From Tubulanus polymorphus (taxonomy: Eukaryota; Animalia; Nemertea): 64,000 nt of DNA. The position numbers were made by a program, and so were the translations under genes. The stretch covers positions 6,924,778-6,988,777 of the forward strand of contig NC_134030.1 in NCBI RefSeq assembly GCF_964204645.1. The letters run 5' to 3'. How positions within the stretch are numbered: the stretch's first letter is position 1; the number at the start of each line of letters is the position of its first letter. Positions 14,047-28,419 of the stretch are shown here, in pieces. The notes under the pieces were generated by a model. The model was given only the letters and a program-made list of their open reading frames with translations, was not told the DNA's origin and made no database searches.

Positions 14047-14890
14047 AGACGGTGTTATTGTGTAATTGGGTTCCATTGTTTATTTAAGATGTCAAAGAGT
14101 ATTGTGAACTTATCAATACCCAGAATTTCATCCTTTGGAATAAGCTTGTAAAATTCATTTAAGAATGTGATATTATTTAATCAACACAAATAGTTATTCC
14201 TTACTTTTATAACAGTGCCAGCTTAGGTTTAATTCAATTGTAACAGTAGTCAACCTCGTTGTATCCTCTTTTGGACTCTTGTCTAAATATTTGGTCCAAT
14301 TAACAAATTATCTTGGATTCAAATCAAACCATCATTAAAAGCTTAGCGAGCGCCTGTTTTGTCATAAGTCCTTTGCTGTTGAAGATGGCCATGGCATCAA
14401 TTGGATTGTATATAGCCGCATCGAGTCTGGAGCCGACTAGCGAGGCCTATTCGGGCAAGGGAGCCTAGCCAATGATTGATAAGATTGATAGGAGAGCAAA
14501 AAGGAACCTGCTATTTGATGTCCCTACGTAGATGCTCAAGAAATCGAGCACGCCAAAAGGAGAAAACAATGATTTTAATACAATGGATTTATACATGTAT
14601 TGCATAATATCAAAGACACATACAGTGATTTATTTACATCATTCCAATATATTGAATTACTATCGTATATAGTATGATCAAAACATAATTACATTTAAAA
14701 CTAGAATGCAGGTGCTACATTGTCATGTTTGAAAGCATCAAGATATAGTTATCGGACAGTGGTTTACCTGCTTATCCTAGGCTTAACCCAAGACAGCATT
14801 TAAACCCACCTAGCACTGGGTTAACTCTGGTTTGATTTTAAACCGAAGAAGAATTTGTCGCTAACACGTAACGGTAGAGCGCATTTTCCT

Positions 14891-17800
14891 CTAATTGTCA
14901 TCCGAAGAATCACTTTCTATTTGCTGACGACGCATCACGCGTTTCAGTGGCATATGATCGTTGATGTCAGAGTCATTGGAATCCAAGTCCTGAGTCATTT
15001 GAGTCGCCGGGAACGATTCACTCGCTGAAATTAGACATCATGCGTACATTATATACACTATTGTAGAGCAGTCAATGTAGACTCTCAAATCACGATACAG
15101 GGAACGGGTAATATTTAATACTCAATTTCATGGTCACTGTGCCTTTGCTTCAGCAGCTCCGATCTTATGAATCTTATTTATGGATCTTATCTTATCTCCG
15201 ATCTTAACCTTTTAGAATTGGATCCTGTACTGATCTCATTTAAACTGACTTAAAAGCATTTCTCTCTAGGCAAATTCTAATAGACTGTTCTAAATTGTAA
15301 TTTTATAGCCATGTTTATTGGTAAACCGTGCTGGAATGTATATGGAGTGCTGTATATAAGATATATATTATATACAATATATTTTAATTCTACTTGTAAT
15401 AGTCCTGAATCCAGTTCTGCGGTTATGAGTTAGAATCATTTTCGATGTCTCAACTCTCGGGTCAAATTCAACTCTGAACATTTACTGTGAAACTGGATCG
15501 GTAGGATTTCATGAACACTTTCTATCTGAGATAAAGCTATCGAGTAAGACCGAATCTGCAGTACAAACCTATCGGTTGAGTTTCGGGAGCGCCTTCAACT
15601 TCAAGAGTAAATTCATCCGGATTCAGGGTGCCAGGTGGCTCTGCTGCTGGTGTTGCATCAGTTTCATCATCGGATAAAACTCTACTACGTTTACTCGGAG
15701 GCAGTGAACTATCAGCAGTTTGAACGCGTGATCGTTTATTGGTGGACATTTGACTCGTATCAATCACCAGTTTATCATCTTCATCGCTAAAATAGATCAA
15801 ATACAGTAACTACAAATGAGGCAGAAACAAAGAAATCCACAACGGAAATTCCTAGCCGATCCGCAATGTATGCTAGTGTGCAGCTCTTTTCATAGCAAGG
15901 GTGGATCTAGGGGCATGGACCGGGTGGACTAGTCAATCTCTTCAAATTTCGAATGTACCCTACAAAATGTCTGGAAAATCTATGAAAAATGACATGATAA
16001 GAGCCAGGAATAGTCCCTTTTTATCCAAAATTTTCTGTGGCAAGGCCAACTGAACCCCCACCAATGTTTCTCTTGCTGCCCTCATATTGCCAAATCTGCC
16101 CTTTTCAAAGCTGTCATTTTCTTGTTATCCAACTGACTGTAATTACCTATTTTCCGAATCGCTCGAGAACGTTTTCTTTTTGATGCGGCTTTTCTTTGCA
16201 TTACGTCGAACGCTATTCAATGGTACATCATCATCACTATCGCTATCAGAGCTGAGTTGTTGAGTCGGACCAGGCAAAGAGCTTTCCAAATCTTCAACTG
16301 CAGCATTGGAATCCGAATCATTGATATCTTCTGCTACTTGTTCAGCGCTACAATTTAAATGTTATCAACATTATGATTTTGTAGTAAAATCTAAGATCAT
16401 TGCCTTATCATACTAAGTTTTACTATTGCACCTTACACATGAACTCAGAAGTTACAATAAATCACATTCACAGTTCAGAACACACCTTTTCTTATTATTT
16501 TGTCTTTTAGGGTCATTTTGCCTTTTTGGTGATGTCTTTCCACTTGAAGGCGACTGCGGTTTCTTCTTATGAGATTCTTCTTTTTCTTTCACCTCATTTC
16601 GTTTCTTTTTCGCTAGACTTTTCAACGCGGCAAAACGGTTCGTGGATCTGACTTTCGATTTCGGTACTCCTTGGAAATTCGGATCCAACCAGCTTGCGTG
16701 GCCTCGAAGTACCTCTGGAACCAGGTTAGCCGGTATTCTCCAAAAACTTTCCTACAAATATTGAAATGTATAAACAACATTGTTTCTCTAATACTTTACT
16801 ACTTTAGTACTGAAGGAGTCAAACCAACCTGTTCATTTGCAGGGGGCCTAATACCAAGCTTTTTCATCAAATTTTGAAATTGTTTACTCTCTAAAGCATC
16901 GTAGTGCTCCTCGGTGATTGGAACTATAGGCACTGGTTCACTAGGACCATTCTGACGATCTTCCGCCGTAGATTCTAAAAGACCTTTCAGCCATGTCACC
17001 TGAGCTTGAAGACCTTCAAACATTCAAACAGATTACCAGAACTTTAGAAATTTTTGACTTTAAACGGACAATTCAAGACAAATAGGAACTAGTGGTCCAA
17101 GGATCATACTCGCTAACTAAACATATTGCAAAAATTTCGAACCACAGATGAAAGATTAGACTCCGCAGGTCGCAAATTAACTAAAATTTTCAAACTCTGT
17201 GTAATCAAACTTGAACTCACAGCAACAACTCGAAAGTACCTCTTTAACAACAGAATTCTTGTTAAGGTAGAAATTTGTATGGAAATTCTGGAAATATTGC
17301 GGTCTCTTACTTAATGAAATGTTCAAAATCATACCTGCATCAATGACCTTTTTCAGCAAACTACTGACAGGACTTTTGTTTGAAGGAGCGCCATCCTCAC
17401 CCTCACTCTCACTACTGCTGCTGCTTGCGGTCGATAATAAGGAATCATTTGCATCATCCAACTGATCATCAGGAGAGGTGGCTCTTTCAGCGTTGGGCTC
17501 CATATTATCTAGGGGTTCTGCAAACGAGAATGAATATACATCGAATCCTTGACACGGGAGGACAAGTCTTTAGACAAACAATCTAAATTTTCAGCATCAA
17601 CACATCCCATTAGCACCTTTCCATTCTAACGACATGGAAGTTTCAAAAATTCTTACCTCTATTCTCATCGTCCTCACTGTCACTGCGGTCATTTCGGTCA
17701 TTCGCTCGTCTAGATCCACCACCACCGCTGCGTTTACGCTTTTTATACAATTCCTTGCGATCGCCGACGATGCCCATCTCCAGAAGCTTTTCCATGACTT

Positions 17801-20800
17801 TTTTCTTCGAGCGTTTATCGGATAGATTACCAACTATATCCCCCAACGGATCATCCGACTCGCGATACCTTTCGAACAACTCGCGCAATTCAACTTCTTG
17901 TTCTTCTCGCCAACCGCGATTCCTCGCGCTACAACATAGCAAAAATCGAATTTCACAAATATTAAGACTCTTTATTCCGAGATGCATCCATAGATCAGCG
18001 GTATTAATATTTGCGTATCTATAGCAATACAATGGAACCTCGTGAAAACAAACTCTACAGGACCAGAAAATATGTTTGTTATAACCGATAGTTCGTTATT
18101 ATATCCAGTATGAAATTGATCAAATCTTAACTTGGGACGAAATTTCTATATTTTTTAACTTACGTCCGATGGATCATCGTATCCGAGTTCATTATAACGA
18201 AGTTCCAATGCATTCTGTACAACCAATCTGCTTTTATTCACTTACCCTCCGTCTCCTCTGCTTTTCTTTTTACGAAGTTCCCTCGCACTGCCGATTAGTT
18301 CTAAACGAACCAAGGCTATGATCACTTGACGCCGGGTTTTTCGTTTATCGATCAAATTATCCATTATGATATCCACAACATCTTTATCATCTGCATAAAT
18401 AAATGGTATAGCAACATTAGAAAGTGACGTGGGTTAGACAGCGCGCATGATAACAGTTGCTGATTAATGAGTCGTACCTTCCTCTCTATCCTTGAATTCG
18501 TCGTAGAGATGCAGCAATTCTGCATCTTGTTCTTCAGTCCACAACTGTTTAACTCGTGTAGCCCTAAAAACAAAATGTGTAAATTTGAATTTTTCAGTCT
18601 CACAATACAGAATACAAAATTAATATAATTTAATTGAGTTTATTGTGTCGATTATACAGTCAACTTACTCCGACTGATAACTTCCGTATCCTTCTGTTAA
18701 TTCAACCGCATCTCTGACATTCTTCCAGAACAGCAATTCCATGAAAACCTTCTTATTCTTTTCAGCAATTTCGAAGAACTTACGCAAAACGTATTGAGCA
18801 AATGTTACCAGCTCCTTTCATAAGATCAAAAGGAGGTACTTAATGACGAGGCCCAATGCAAATAAAGAAAGCATATATGGGACAGCATGCCTAAATGGTA
18901 CATAAGTGGTTAAATGCTTAGCTAATAATATGTATCATACCTTATATGATTTGGTGGCTCCATTGAGAACGCTATGGAACACGCGAAACAGAGAAAGTTG
19001 AAAGAGTAATGCCACCATTTTGCAATCAACGGCAATACGATGCAACATCCTGACTATCTGGTGATTCGTCTGCAGTGAGTTTTTCTTATACTCGGACAGC
19101 AACAGTACGTACGGTTTGAGAATATTCGGATTCGAAAATCTGCAACAAATTTAGATGAAAAATTAACGGTTTGTAGATAAAACACGAACACATTTTTCTA
19201 TCGTTTTAATACTTGCTTACTTGGTTACAAATTCTTTGAAATCAAATTCTTGTTCAGCATTACCAGTCGCAGCATTTCTCGCCTGTTCATCCTCTGAAAC
19301 ATTAAAATAAACGTATACAACAACCTGCCGGTATGTGACGAATGATTAAAAGGTTAATTCATGAGGAAGCACAGTCAAACAAAGAAACAAGTACAGCATT
19401 GAATGAATAACTGAAGCAAATCTGTTAGATGAGAATGATCACTAACTAAATGAGGCATTAGATCTCTTCTCTACACGTCACAAATCTCAGAATCTCATAA
19501 TTTTTTAATCAGAACTAAATATTTTCTTTTAAAATGACAAGCAAATCAAAATTGGAGATACAAATTTACCTTCATCATCATCTTCTAGTTCGGGAGGAAT
19601 TATTTCCATGGTAACTTCTGGTTCTACAAAGTAGATTAGAAATAGGGACACACGGGTTACGAAAAATCTTTTAAAGATACATGTTGTTGCAATTTAGAAT
19701 GTAACAGTGAGTACCTTGTTCTGGGCGCTGAAGTTCTTGCATGAAAAACTCGCGCAGACACATGAATTCATTTTCTGGAGACACTTCTGCAGCTCCAAAT
19801 ACATCATTCTCTGGCCAAACCTCTCTACATAGCAAATAACATAATCACCTCAGTATATACGAGCAAAAGCTCATCTACCCTTAACCTTGAGGCGAGTTCT
19901 ATAGCTGTTTGTTCAATAAAACGATTTAAGATTGTTTGAATCAAACTGTAATGAACAACGGTGTGGAAATGGGTCTACATAAGAGAGAATTGATTATACC
20001 TGGCAGCTCGTAATAGAGCAATAGCCATTCCGGCTTCCTGATTGCGTAAACAATCCTGTATACGAATTATAGCTTGCATTCTGAAATGGATATAAAAATA
20101 CCCTACTCTTGAACATTCTTTCATCAAAAGTAGCGAAAAAGTGTCAAAATTATCAATGTTTGACATATTTCTACCATCATCGACATTGTTACCAACAAAA
20201 CTCTTACTTCTGTTGTTCCATGTCTTGCTCAGAGGCTGCATCGAATGGAGTCACATCCGCAGGCACGTCACCACGTCCTTGTAATATCGCGGATAGTTCA
20301 TCTGACACGTTATCCCACATCTCTTCAAGTTCTTCCTCAGAATATTGAGGTGGACGAACAACAGCTCCAGATGCTGAAAGCATGAGATATTGCTGTTGTA
20401 TCGCAGACCGTACTACCTAATATTCCTAATTGTAGTAATTTTCACCAAAATTGAGAGTAATTGACATTAAGAATAGTAGTATAATTGAAAATGAACTAGA
20501 AATTATTCAAATTTTCAGAGTATTTCAATATATTTGGTACTTGGGACTTGGGAAACTACTCGAAAATAATTGTCATAGTCAGGTCAAGTCATTGCTTTGA
20601 CATTTACAACCTTTGAATATTGAGATGAACGAACCATTGGCTCTGATGCTGAAATCACGGATATCGCTGCTGTACTGTACAAGTGACAGAAGTTTTAAGA
20701 TTACCGTACTTTCATATTTACCTTGATTGTTCTGTTTTTGTTTCTTTTTTCGCACATTCCGCTGTTTTTTCTGAACCATTACGTGTTTGTTTATGCCAAT

Positions 20801-23800
20801 ATACTTTTCCAACATTCTCAGGAATACGTGAGTTGTTTCAATCAAATCTTTCAAAAAACCCCTGAAAAACGTTTGAAACACAAGATCATTAAATATCTAC
20901 TGTGTGTTCCAATAATACCACAGATATCCATTTTCTGGATTAGGTTGAATAACTATCCATACACCCGATCTAACAAACATACATACCTTGACTGTCGAGA
21001 TTGGTTGAAACTTTTCAACAACATCGGAAAGATCTCCCTGTATTCGATCATGTAGAAAACATTGCTCTTAATGACTTTGGCGCTTTCGATCAAATTCTCA
21101 TCGTTGGAACAATCCATAGCTTGCAGCGTGAGAAACAGTTCTTTATACGCTCGCAAACCAAGATGCAATCTGGTGGAACAAAAGTTTGAAATTCAAACTG
21201 GGCAGTCCAAAGAAATGATCGTGGCAGCAAATGTAATATAAACGCTATTCATTTATTACGAATGTAATTTAGTAATAGCAAGCTTACCGTTTTGACCAAG
21301 TAATAGCATCTTTCTTTTCCGTGGTAATCATGTCATGGTATCGAGTCATCTGCATGTGAATATAATGAAACGTCGAAACTGATATCGTTTCACTGAAAAA
21401 TGATGTAAAATTGTTACAAAATTTCAAGATTAACATGTTTTTCGCAACAAAAGGGATCACAACCCTAACGCTGTGTAAAACGAAAATGTATTTCAATACC
21501 TGATGACATCGACTTTGAAATCGTAGAGTCTCGAAAACTCCATGAAAAATCTCAACGACCACAGGTAATAGGTTTCATCGTTTTCCTGTTGATTATTATG
21601 TCTCAGTGTATCCTACAATAAACATTGATATAAACAGTGTTCATGTCATAAATAGATAAAGATCTAGCAAAACCAATGAGAAACTATTGAGACATGAAAA
21701 AGTTCATTTCTATCACAAAATCTATACAACTTTTCGCCACAATATTACTTGGCCAAAGTCTACAAAAAGGTGAAATTAAGTAATTTTGATTCTACCTGAT
21801 GAACCGGATAAAGTCACAGATCAGTTAACTTACCTTAACTGATGCCATCAGAGGATTGTAACAATTTTCAAGAAACTGAATACAGAACTCTTTCAGGAAT
21901 AAACGAATGCTCAACGTGGAACGACGCGAATTCTCCGTATCCATAATTGGCTTGCGATTGCTAGCTTTTTTCTTCGCGCGTTTCCCTTGGTCGAACGAGA
22001 TTTTGTTCGCGTCGCCGAGACTGCGATGATAAATCAGATTGTTGTTCGTGATTGATTTCATATTCGAAACGACGTACGTGCCTCCGAATCGAGAATGTCT
22101 GAAAATATTGCGATGAAATTCTATTATAAAAGCCGCTAATTCTTTAAATACATGTTCAAATATACCGAGAAAATCAGGAATGTAGTACTTATGCTCTAGA
22201 AATTACCTTGTACTATATTTCATGATGTTTTGTTTTTTCTGTATTTTCTCATGTTCTCTTATTCTGATCAATTCTCTGTTAAGGAAAAAATAACATCATG
22301 GACGTGCATTAAAATCAGAACTTATCTCCAAAGTAATTTGATTAAAAGTATCTCGAACATCAAGTAGATAAGTAATGTTTAATCTTATTGGTAGCTTAAA
22401 AATGTGTAACCTCTTACATTTCACACTGAGGAAAGGCAATAAAAACTGCCTGAAGCATTTCTACTTAGTAAAATCGATCATTGTACCCCACTGATTGAAA
22501 ATGAACTTATTTCTAAATATTAGTCGCGCCATGTGGCTAGATTGACGGGAAGCTGATTAATATTCGACTCACTGTTCATCTTTTTCTTTTTCGGTCAGCG
22601 ATCTCGTGGCGCCGGCGTGCGCCAACTGATTCGCCGTCTGCTCGCGAAACATCAGAGATATAATTTCGAGCGCGTGCATCGAGAACTGCTTCTCGTCCGG
22701 GGAGCTGGCGATGTACAACAGCAAGTCTTCCATTCCGCTCATATGCAACGCCCAGAGAACCTGATCGTGAACGCTGGCGTCATCGTCCGTACGTTTCTCG
22801 TCTCGCGGATGCGGAGGTACGTGCAGTATGTTACGGATTATGATCAACGTACGTTCGATTATCAGACGATCTTCTTCTTGGCGATTTTCCCAATCCTGAA
22901 ACAAGAACAAGCAGCTACCCGTCTTTGAATTGGACAACAACCTCTATATACAGGACTTGCTTTAACCCTGACTTGCAAATTTTTCCCTGATTTGATCGGT
23001 TAAGAATCCAATCAATTAACACACTCAAATATCTAAGACATACATGGAAACAGTTTGATTTTACGCGCAATCTAAAATTTATTCAAATTACCCTGAATTT
23101 CAGGTTTTTTGGAAAATTCCGACCTTTTCCCCTGATTTTAAGGCAAGCGGCCACCATGATATAAGAATACCTTAATATTCACATAATCAATCAGCCAGTC
23201 CTGTACAACTTGGTAGCACTATGCACAAGTCTATGGCCCTGGATACAAAGAACCGTACGTAAATTAAAATCTACATACCAGCTTTAGTAAATCGCCGAGT
23301 TTAGTCGACAAAATAGCAAACAGATTTTCATCGGCGAACGCTTCTTTATACGAGCACAAATGTTCTTGAACTTCCAGGTAGAAATTACGCATCGATTTCT
23401 CATCGGGAATTTGATTATGAAAACACAGTATCGCCGGCTGAGTCAAATTCACCAGTAACCTGAAATATATCATCACATCAAGCACTTTAGTTCGTAATCT
23501 GTTGATTTTAACGAAACTCACATTGCAAAAAGAGATCAGAAAATAAATACCATCTGGCATAAAAGACAAATTTGACATACAGGGGCCAGTTTCACAAAAA
23601 GGATTAGGGCCTCAATCGATTTAAGATAAACTGAATTAATGAAGAAATAAAATCGATTTAAGAGTTAAACCGTTTTGTGAAACTGGGCCCAGGGCCTAAT
23701 CCTAATCTTGATTGGCTTAACTTATAAAACTAAGAATAGTTAATGGCCAATTAGATATACAGTAGGCCTATATCTAATTGGCCATTTAACAAGTTTGCTG

Positions 23801-24369
23801 CCGGCTAAGAATATATGGTTCACCAGTGCATACAAATATATTCGTAGCCAATTCTGCCCATTTACAGTTAGATATTTGCAATAGGCCTATGGCATACAGG
23901 ATTAACAGAGTTCTAGATTGGCTGGCATTGTGAACCAACCTCATTCTCAATGTTCATCCGGCACACAATCACGGTGGCCTCGAACATGTTAAAGAAAGCT
24001 AAATACACATAACTTACCTGAGAATGATATCAAACAAGGCCGTTTCTGAATGATATTCTTTGAGCAGAGGTATAAAATCATTGCGAACAATTTGAGCGTT
24101 TCCAAGCTGTCGACGAACGTCACAATCTTCTTCATGCTTCAAGAATCGTATCAAGTCTTTCACCGTTTCTGAGTGTGAAGAAATGAGATTAACTTACAAC
24201 GTTGATGCATACAAGTCAATACAAGTAATGAAAAATGTATTTTATTGTAAATCCAACTTAGTTAATTCCACAAACCTATACAATCAGGTTCCTTCACATA
24301 TCTGTTGTCATCTGGATCGAGATACCCAAGGGCACTGCAGGTTGCCTGCAACTCAACATTCATCACCAT
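14891..24369 (-). CDS. TIMELESS: Protein timeless homolog (TIMELESS/timeout type, replication-fork protection), ~26 coding exons
   Basis: N-terminus [33 protein letters not shown]; internal [15 protein letters not shown] and [11 protein letters not shown]; PARP1-binding-like C-terminal domain [27 protein letters not shown]. First coding exon 24369-24276; last exon 15024-14891 ends in TAG. Confidence 0.95.
23582..23690. mobile_element. Harbinger-like MITE in a TIMELESS intron
   Basis: Inverted termini gggccagtttcacaaaa / ttttgtgaaactgggccc. Related degenerate ends occur at ~15409-15499 and ~30190-30233 (gtcaaattcaactc..aactgga). Confidence 0.65.
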
Positions 24370-24704
24370 CGCTTTTGGAATTTTGGTTTGCGTGTTTTTT
24401 GTTGTTAACCTAAAAATATCAAAAGAGATATACGTCATCTGGTCATCAAACGACGACAAAGCGAGTGAGAGAGGGACAGTGCAAATATAGGGTATGTACT
24501 TCTTCGTACTATCAATAATAGGGAATCAAAATTGCGACCATCATCAGAACTAAGAAGGCTAATGAAACTTACTTCTACTTCTGGTCACTTTTTGACCCAC
24601 CCGCAACTTCTGGCTTGTGGTTGTTTCTCGTCCGACAAAAGTAGGGATTCCCGCGCGGATTACTCCACCAGCTTGTTTCTTACCCATCAACTCCAGGGAT
24701 ATCC

Positions 24705-25101
24705 TACGGAAGCCCCTAGGTGACAAGTGAGATAATTTTTTTCATAATTTCGACTTATTAAGTCGAATTTCGACTTAATAAGGCGAATTTCGACATAACA
24801 AGTCGAATTTCGTGTTAATTAAGTCGAATTTCGAGTTTTATTTTCATGTCGAATTTCGACTTATTAAGTCGAAATTCCCCACTTGATTAACACGAAATTC
24901 GACTTATTAAGTCGAAATTCGACTTATTATGTCGAAATTCGACTTAATTAACACGAAATTCGACTTATTATGTCGAAATTCGACTTATTAAGTCGAAATT
25001 CGACTTATTAAGTCTAAATTGGACTTATTATGTCGAAATTCGACTTAATAAGTCGAAATTATGAAAAAAATTATCTCATATGTCACCTAGGGGCTTCCGT
25101 A
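24705..25101. mobile_element. Palindromic non-autonomous DNA transposon (IS3EU-like MITE) with internal 20-bp tandem repeats
   Basis: Long near-perfect TIRs TACGGAAGCCCCTAGGTGACA..GATAATTTTTTTCATAATTTCGACTTATTAAG and its reverse complement. Flanks ATATCC/CTATCC match at 5 of 6 bp (TSD). Internal arrays of CGACTTATTAAGTCGAAATT. Confidence 0.85.
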
Positions 25102-25340
25102 CTATCCCGTCTTTCGATTGGTTCACATCCGCCAAATCCAGGGATTCCGCGAGCTGGTTCTATATCGTAAACGTCAAATTCAGGGATTTCCATTTTATCC
25201 TGTGACATTTAGTCACTTCCGGGTTTCCCAACAATTTTGACAATCTACCTGGAATTCAAAGCATCGCCGTAATTTTGTGTTTTCTTTGAGGATTACACCC
25301 GTTTTCCCTACTAGAATTACGATCTGAAGTTATTGTCATC

Positions 25341-26989
25341 ATGAATCGCATTTTTGGTCGCGGCAAACCCAAACAACCCCCTCCAAATCTCAATGATTGT
25401 ATAGCAGGTGTAAGTATACTTACTTTTCTTTTGTTTTGGATGTTGTTGCTCAGTTGATGAAGAATATTTATTTTATGTCTCTAAGCATAGATTGCTAACA
25501 TTCTTTGATATGAATCATGAATTGAATTTCATAGATTGACAGTCGGGGTGAATCGATTCAAAAGAAAATCGCAAATTTAGACAAGGAACTAATTAAATAT
25601 AAAGACCAGATGAAAAAGATGCGAGATGGCCCTTCGAAGGTAAATTATATCACACATTTATTCAAATAAGGATCATATTTAGAAGCAAACTCATGTTAAT
25701 TTATGATTGTTGCAGAATATGGTTAAACAGAAAGCAATGAGAGTTCTGAAACAAAAAAAGATGTAAGTTCCGTTAGATTTAATCACTGAGAATTTAACCA
25801 GTAAATGTTTAGCTTTTGATCGTGTTTTCATATAGGCCTAACATGCATTTATATTTTTCATGTTGTTTTAAAGGTATGAAGGTCAGTATGAGCAATTATC
25901 TAACCAGTCCTTCAATTTGGAACAAGCAAACTTCGGCCTTCAGACAGTGAAAGACACAAAAACTACCGTAAATATTTTGAAGCCCACTGATCTCGATCGT
26001 ATTATCAAGCAGACCTAAGATATAATTCTGGTTAATGTATGTTCAATCCATTGCAGGTCGATGCTATGGCGTTGGGCGTGAAACAATACAAAAAGGAATT
26101 CAAAAATATTAATATTGATAAAATTGAAGTAAGTTGAATAAAGGGTTTCCATACATATTGGTAGTAAACATGCCACGTCCAAATCCAAAACAAACTGTGA
26201 CAAGGAGTTCACTTGAAATTATATCCATGTATTTTCGTGCTCTTTCAGGATCTGCAGGATGATTTAGGAGACATGACCGAACAGGCCAACGAAATGCAAG
26301 ATATATTAGGTCGGGAATATGGAATGCCTGATATCGACGACGCCGATTTGGACGCGGAATTAGATGCTCTCGGAGATGAAATCGGCCTCGACGAAGATTC
26401 TTCATTTTTGGATGAAGCGATGAATGCTCCGAGCGCTCCGACAAGTGTACCCGGAGCGGATAGCATGGCCGCTAGTAGTAAAGTAAGTCTGTGAATAGAT
26501 CGCTATTTTTGATTTTGCAACTACAGTCAAACTCGCTTAAAACTCATTGTAGTTAGGACAATTGTTATGTTGATTACTTATTCAATCGTTACTTACCGGT
26601 GGTACTCAGCAGATTGAATAAAAAATGCTTATCAGGACTCAAAAATAGAGATGCCTTATGTGTTGTGATGGCTTATACAATGGAGACTTCAGCGATTTTG
26701 ACTGTACCTGTTTCAATGTGACACTATGTTTGCTGTGTACAACAGGATCGGATGAAAACGTGTTTGGTATTTTGCCAGCCTAGTTCGATGGGAACTCACT
26801 GGAAAAGTGTACTGTACATTTCATCCAGACCAGCTGGACCAATATGCAAAGGCCTCTTTAGTTGCCAAAAGTAATGTAAGGAAGGCATGGTACAGCAGCA
26901 CAAATGAAATGATCTGGATAATGTTTTATTTTCAGGATGGAGTTCCTGTTGATGAATTTGGTTTACCGCAGATCGCTAATCCTCAGTAA
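25341..26989 (+). CDS. CHMP5: Charged multivesicular body protein 5 (ESCRT-III, Vps60), 224 aa
   Basis: Exons 25341-25409, 25535-25639, 25716-25762, 25874-25967, 26057-26128, 26249-26482 and 26936-26989 total 675 nt and give [49 protein letters not shown]. Confidence 0.97.
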
Positions 26990-28419
26990 ACTTCTGCGCC
27001 GGATTTTACAAACATTAACAAATAGCTAAAAGACTCTCTCTCAACCGATTGTTATCATGTGCTTTATTTTGCGCTACTGATGAAGACCTGACGTTTTGGA
27101 TATAATTAACAGTATATTTACATATGTACATAGATAAGTTAAACTCCTCTAACGTAGTAATCAAAACGACAGAATGCTCCAGTCCGAATATTAAGCCAAG
27201 TTATTTCTTTGTTCCTTTGGAACTGGCCTGGAAGAATTTTATCTATTTTTGCAAAAAAAATTGATTAATACAGATATTTTTTGTTCATCTAGCTTGAAGA
27301 CGTCAGAGTTTTAGTATATGAAAATACTCAATAATATGAAAATCAGTAAATTCAAACGATGAGAATCAGACATTTCTATCATTATTTCATCAAAAAGTGA
27401 AAATGTGTCTCGTATGTAAATAATCTCTGATTTATGTTGTCATTCGAAAAATAAAGAGTTTTAAAATTCAAAGGTGGAGTTAGAGACCTGATTCTTTGTA
27501 TTGATTGCTTCTCTGAATAAAATTGTCTCAAGTTAATAGTTGAATTCGGCTGACAACGACGGATCAGAGAATCCGGCGGGGTGCTTGTGCACGGCTTGGT
27601 CGTTTGTGACTTGTGACTTCCCTATTTACTACGTCTGCCCAGCTGGCCGTTTTTGTCATTCTGTTTTCTTATGGTTCGGAAACGACAATGCAACATTACA
27701 AGTCGGATGTAGGTTTCACTGGTCTAACCGGCCGGGGCGGGCCGCCCACGTATTTTAGATAAGTTGGTTCCTGTCGATAATTATGGTTAGATACGTAAAA
27801 CTGGGAATGCCTTCATTGATTCATTCCTGCGCCAAAACCTAAGCACTGTAGAATATCCAATCGCTGCTGCAGAAAGTCCTTTAGTTCGATCGATATTTCT
27901 AAATGAATTAATTGCAAAATTTGGCAGCATTATCGGATTTACCCCATTTCAGCCTTCTTTTTTGTTATTGACTTTATATTTTTTACCGACTATTTAATAT
28001 TTTAATTTTGATAACTGGGCTCTGTGTGTGTGTGTGTGTGAAGTTGCGGCTTTTCCGCTCCATTTGCTCGCCTTCGGCCTCGCGGTGCAACAAGATGCAC
28101 ATGATTCCACCTAACTAGCACCACCCTTCTTTTACTTAGTTAATGTCTCCATCTCGAGCCGCCAACCACACCCAGCTTGATTGATAAATACTTCTTCTTT
28201 ATATAGTAAGTATTTCACAGTTTTCTGTTTTCCCTCTCATCACTCAGTCTCATCTCCCTGAGTCAGTCAGAGCCAGTCAGCAGACCGTCCAAAATTCGGT
28301 TTGTTAGTTGCCTGTTTTGTTGTGTTTGGCTGTTTTTTCTTCAATTTTTTATTGATTCATCTTTTTTTTTATTGCAAATTGCATGTTATTGGTAAAACAT
28401 TGTCATTATTTCTAAGACC

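Noticed and set aside
14891-24369. Circadian insect-type timeless (tim1)
   Set aside because: The N-terminus and PARP1-binding-like domain match the mammalian TIMELESS/timeout type.
24745-25060. CRISPR-like palindromic repeat array
   Set aside because: Units are contiguous with no unique spacers, lie inside TIRs, and there are no cas genes in this eukaryotic context.
27078-27100. CTGATGA in the CHMP5 3' UTR as a hammerhead or SECIS
   Set aside because: No GAAA box or closing stems, and the CDS has no in-frame TGA.
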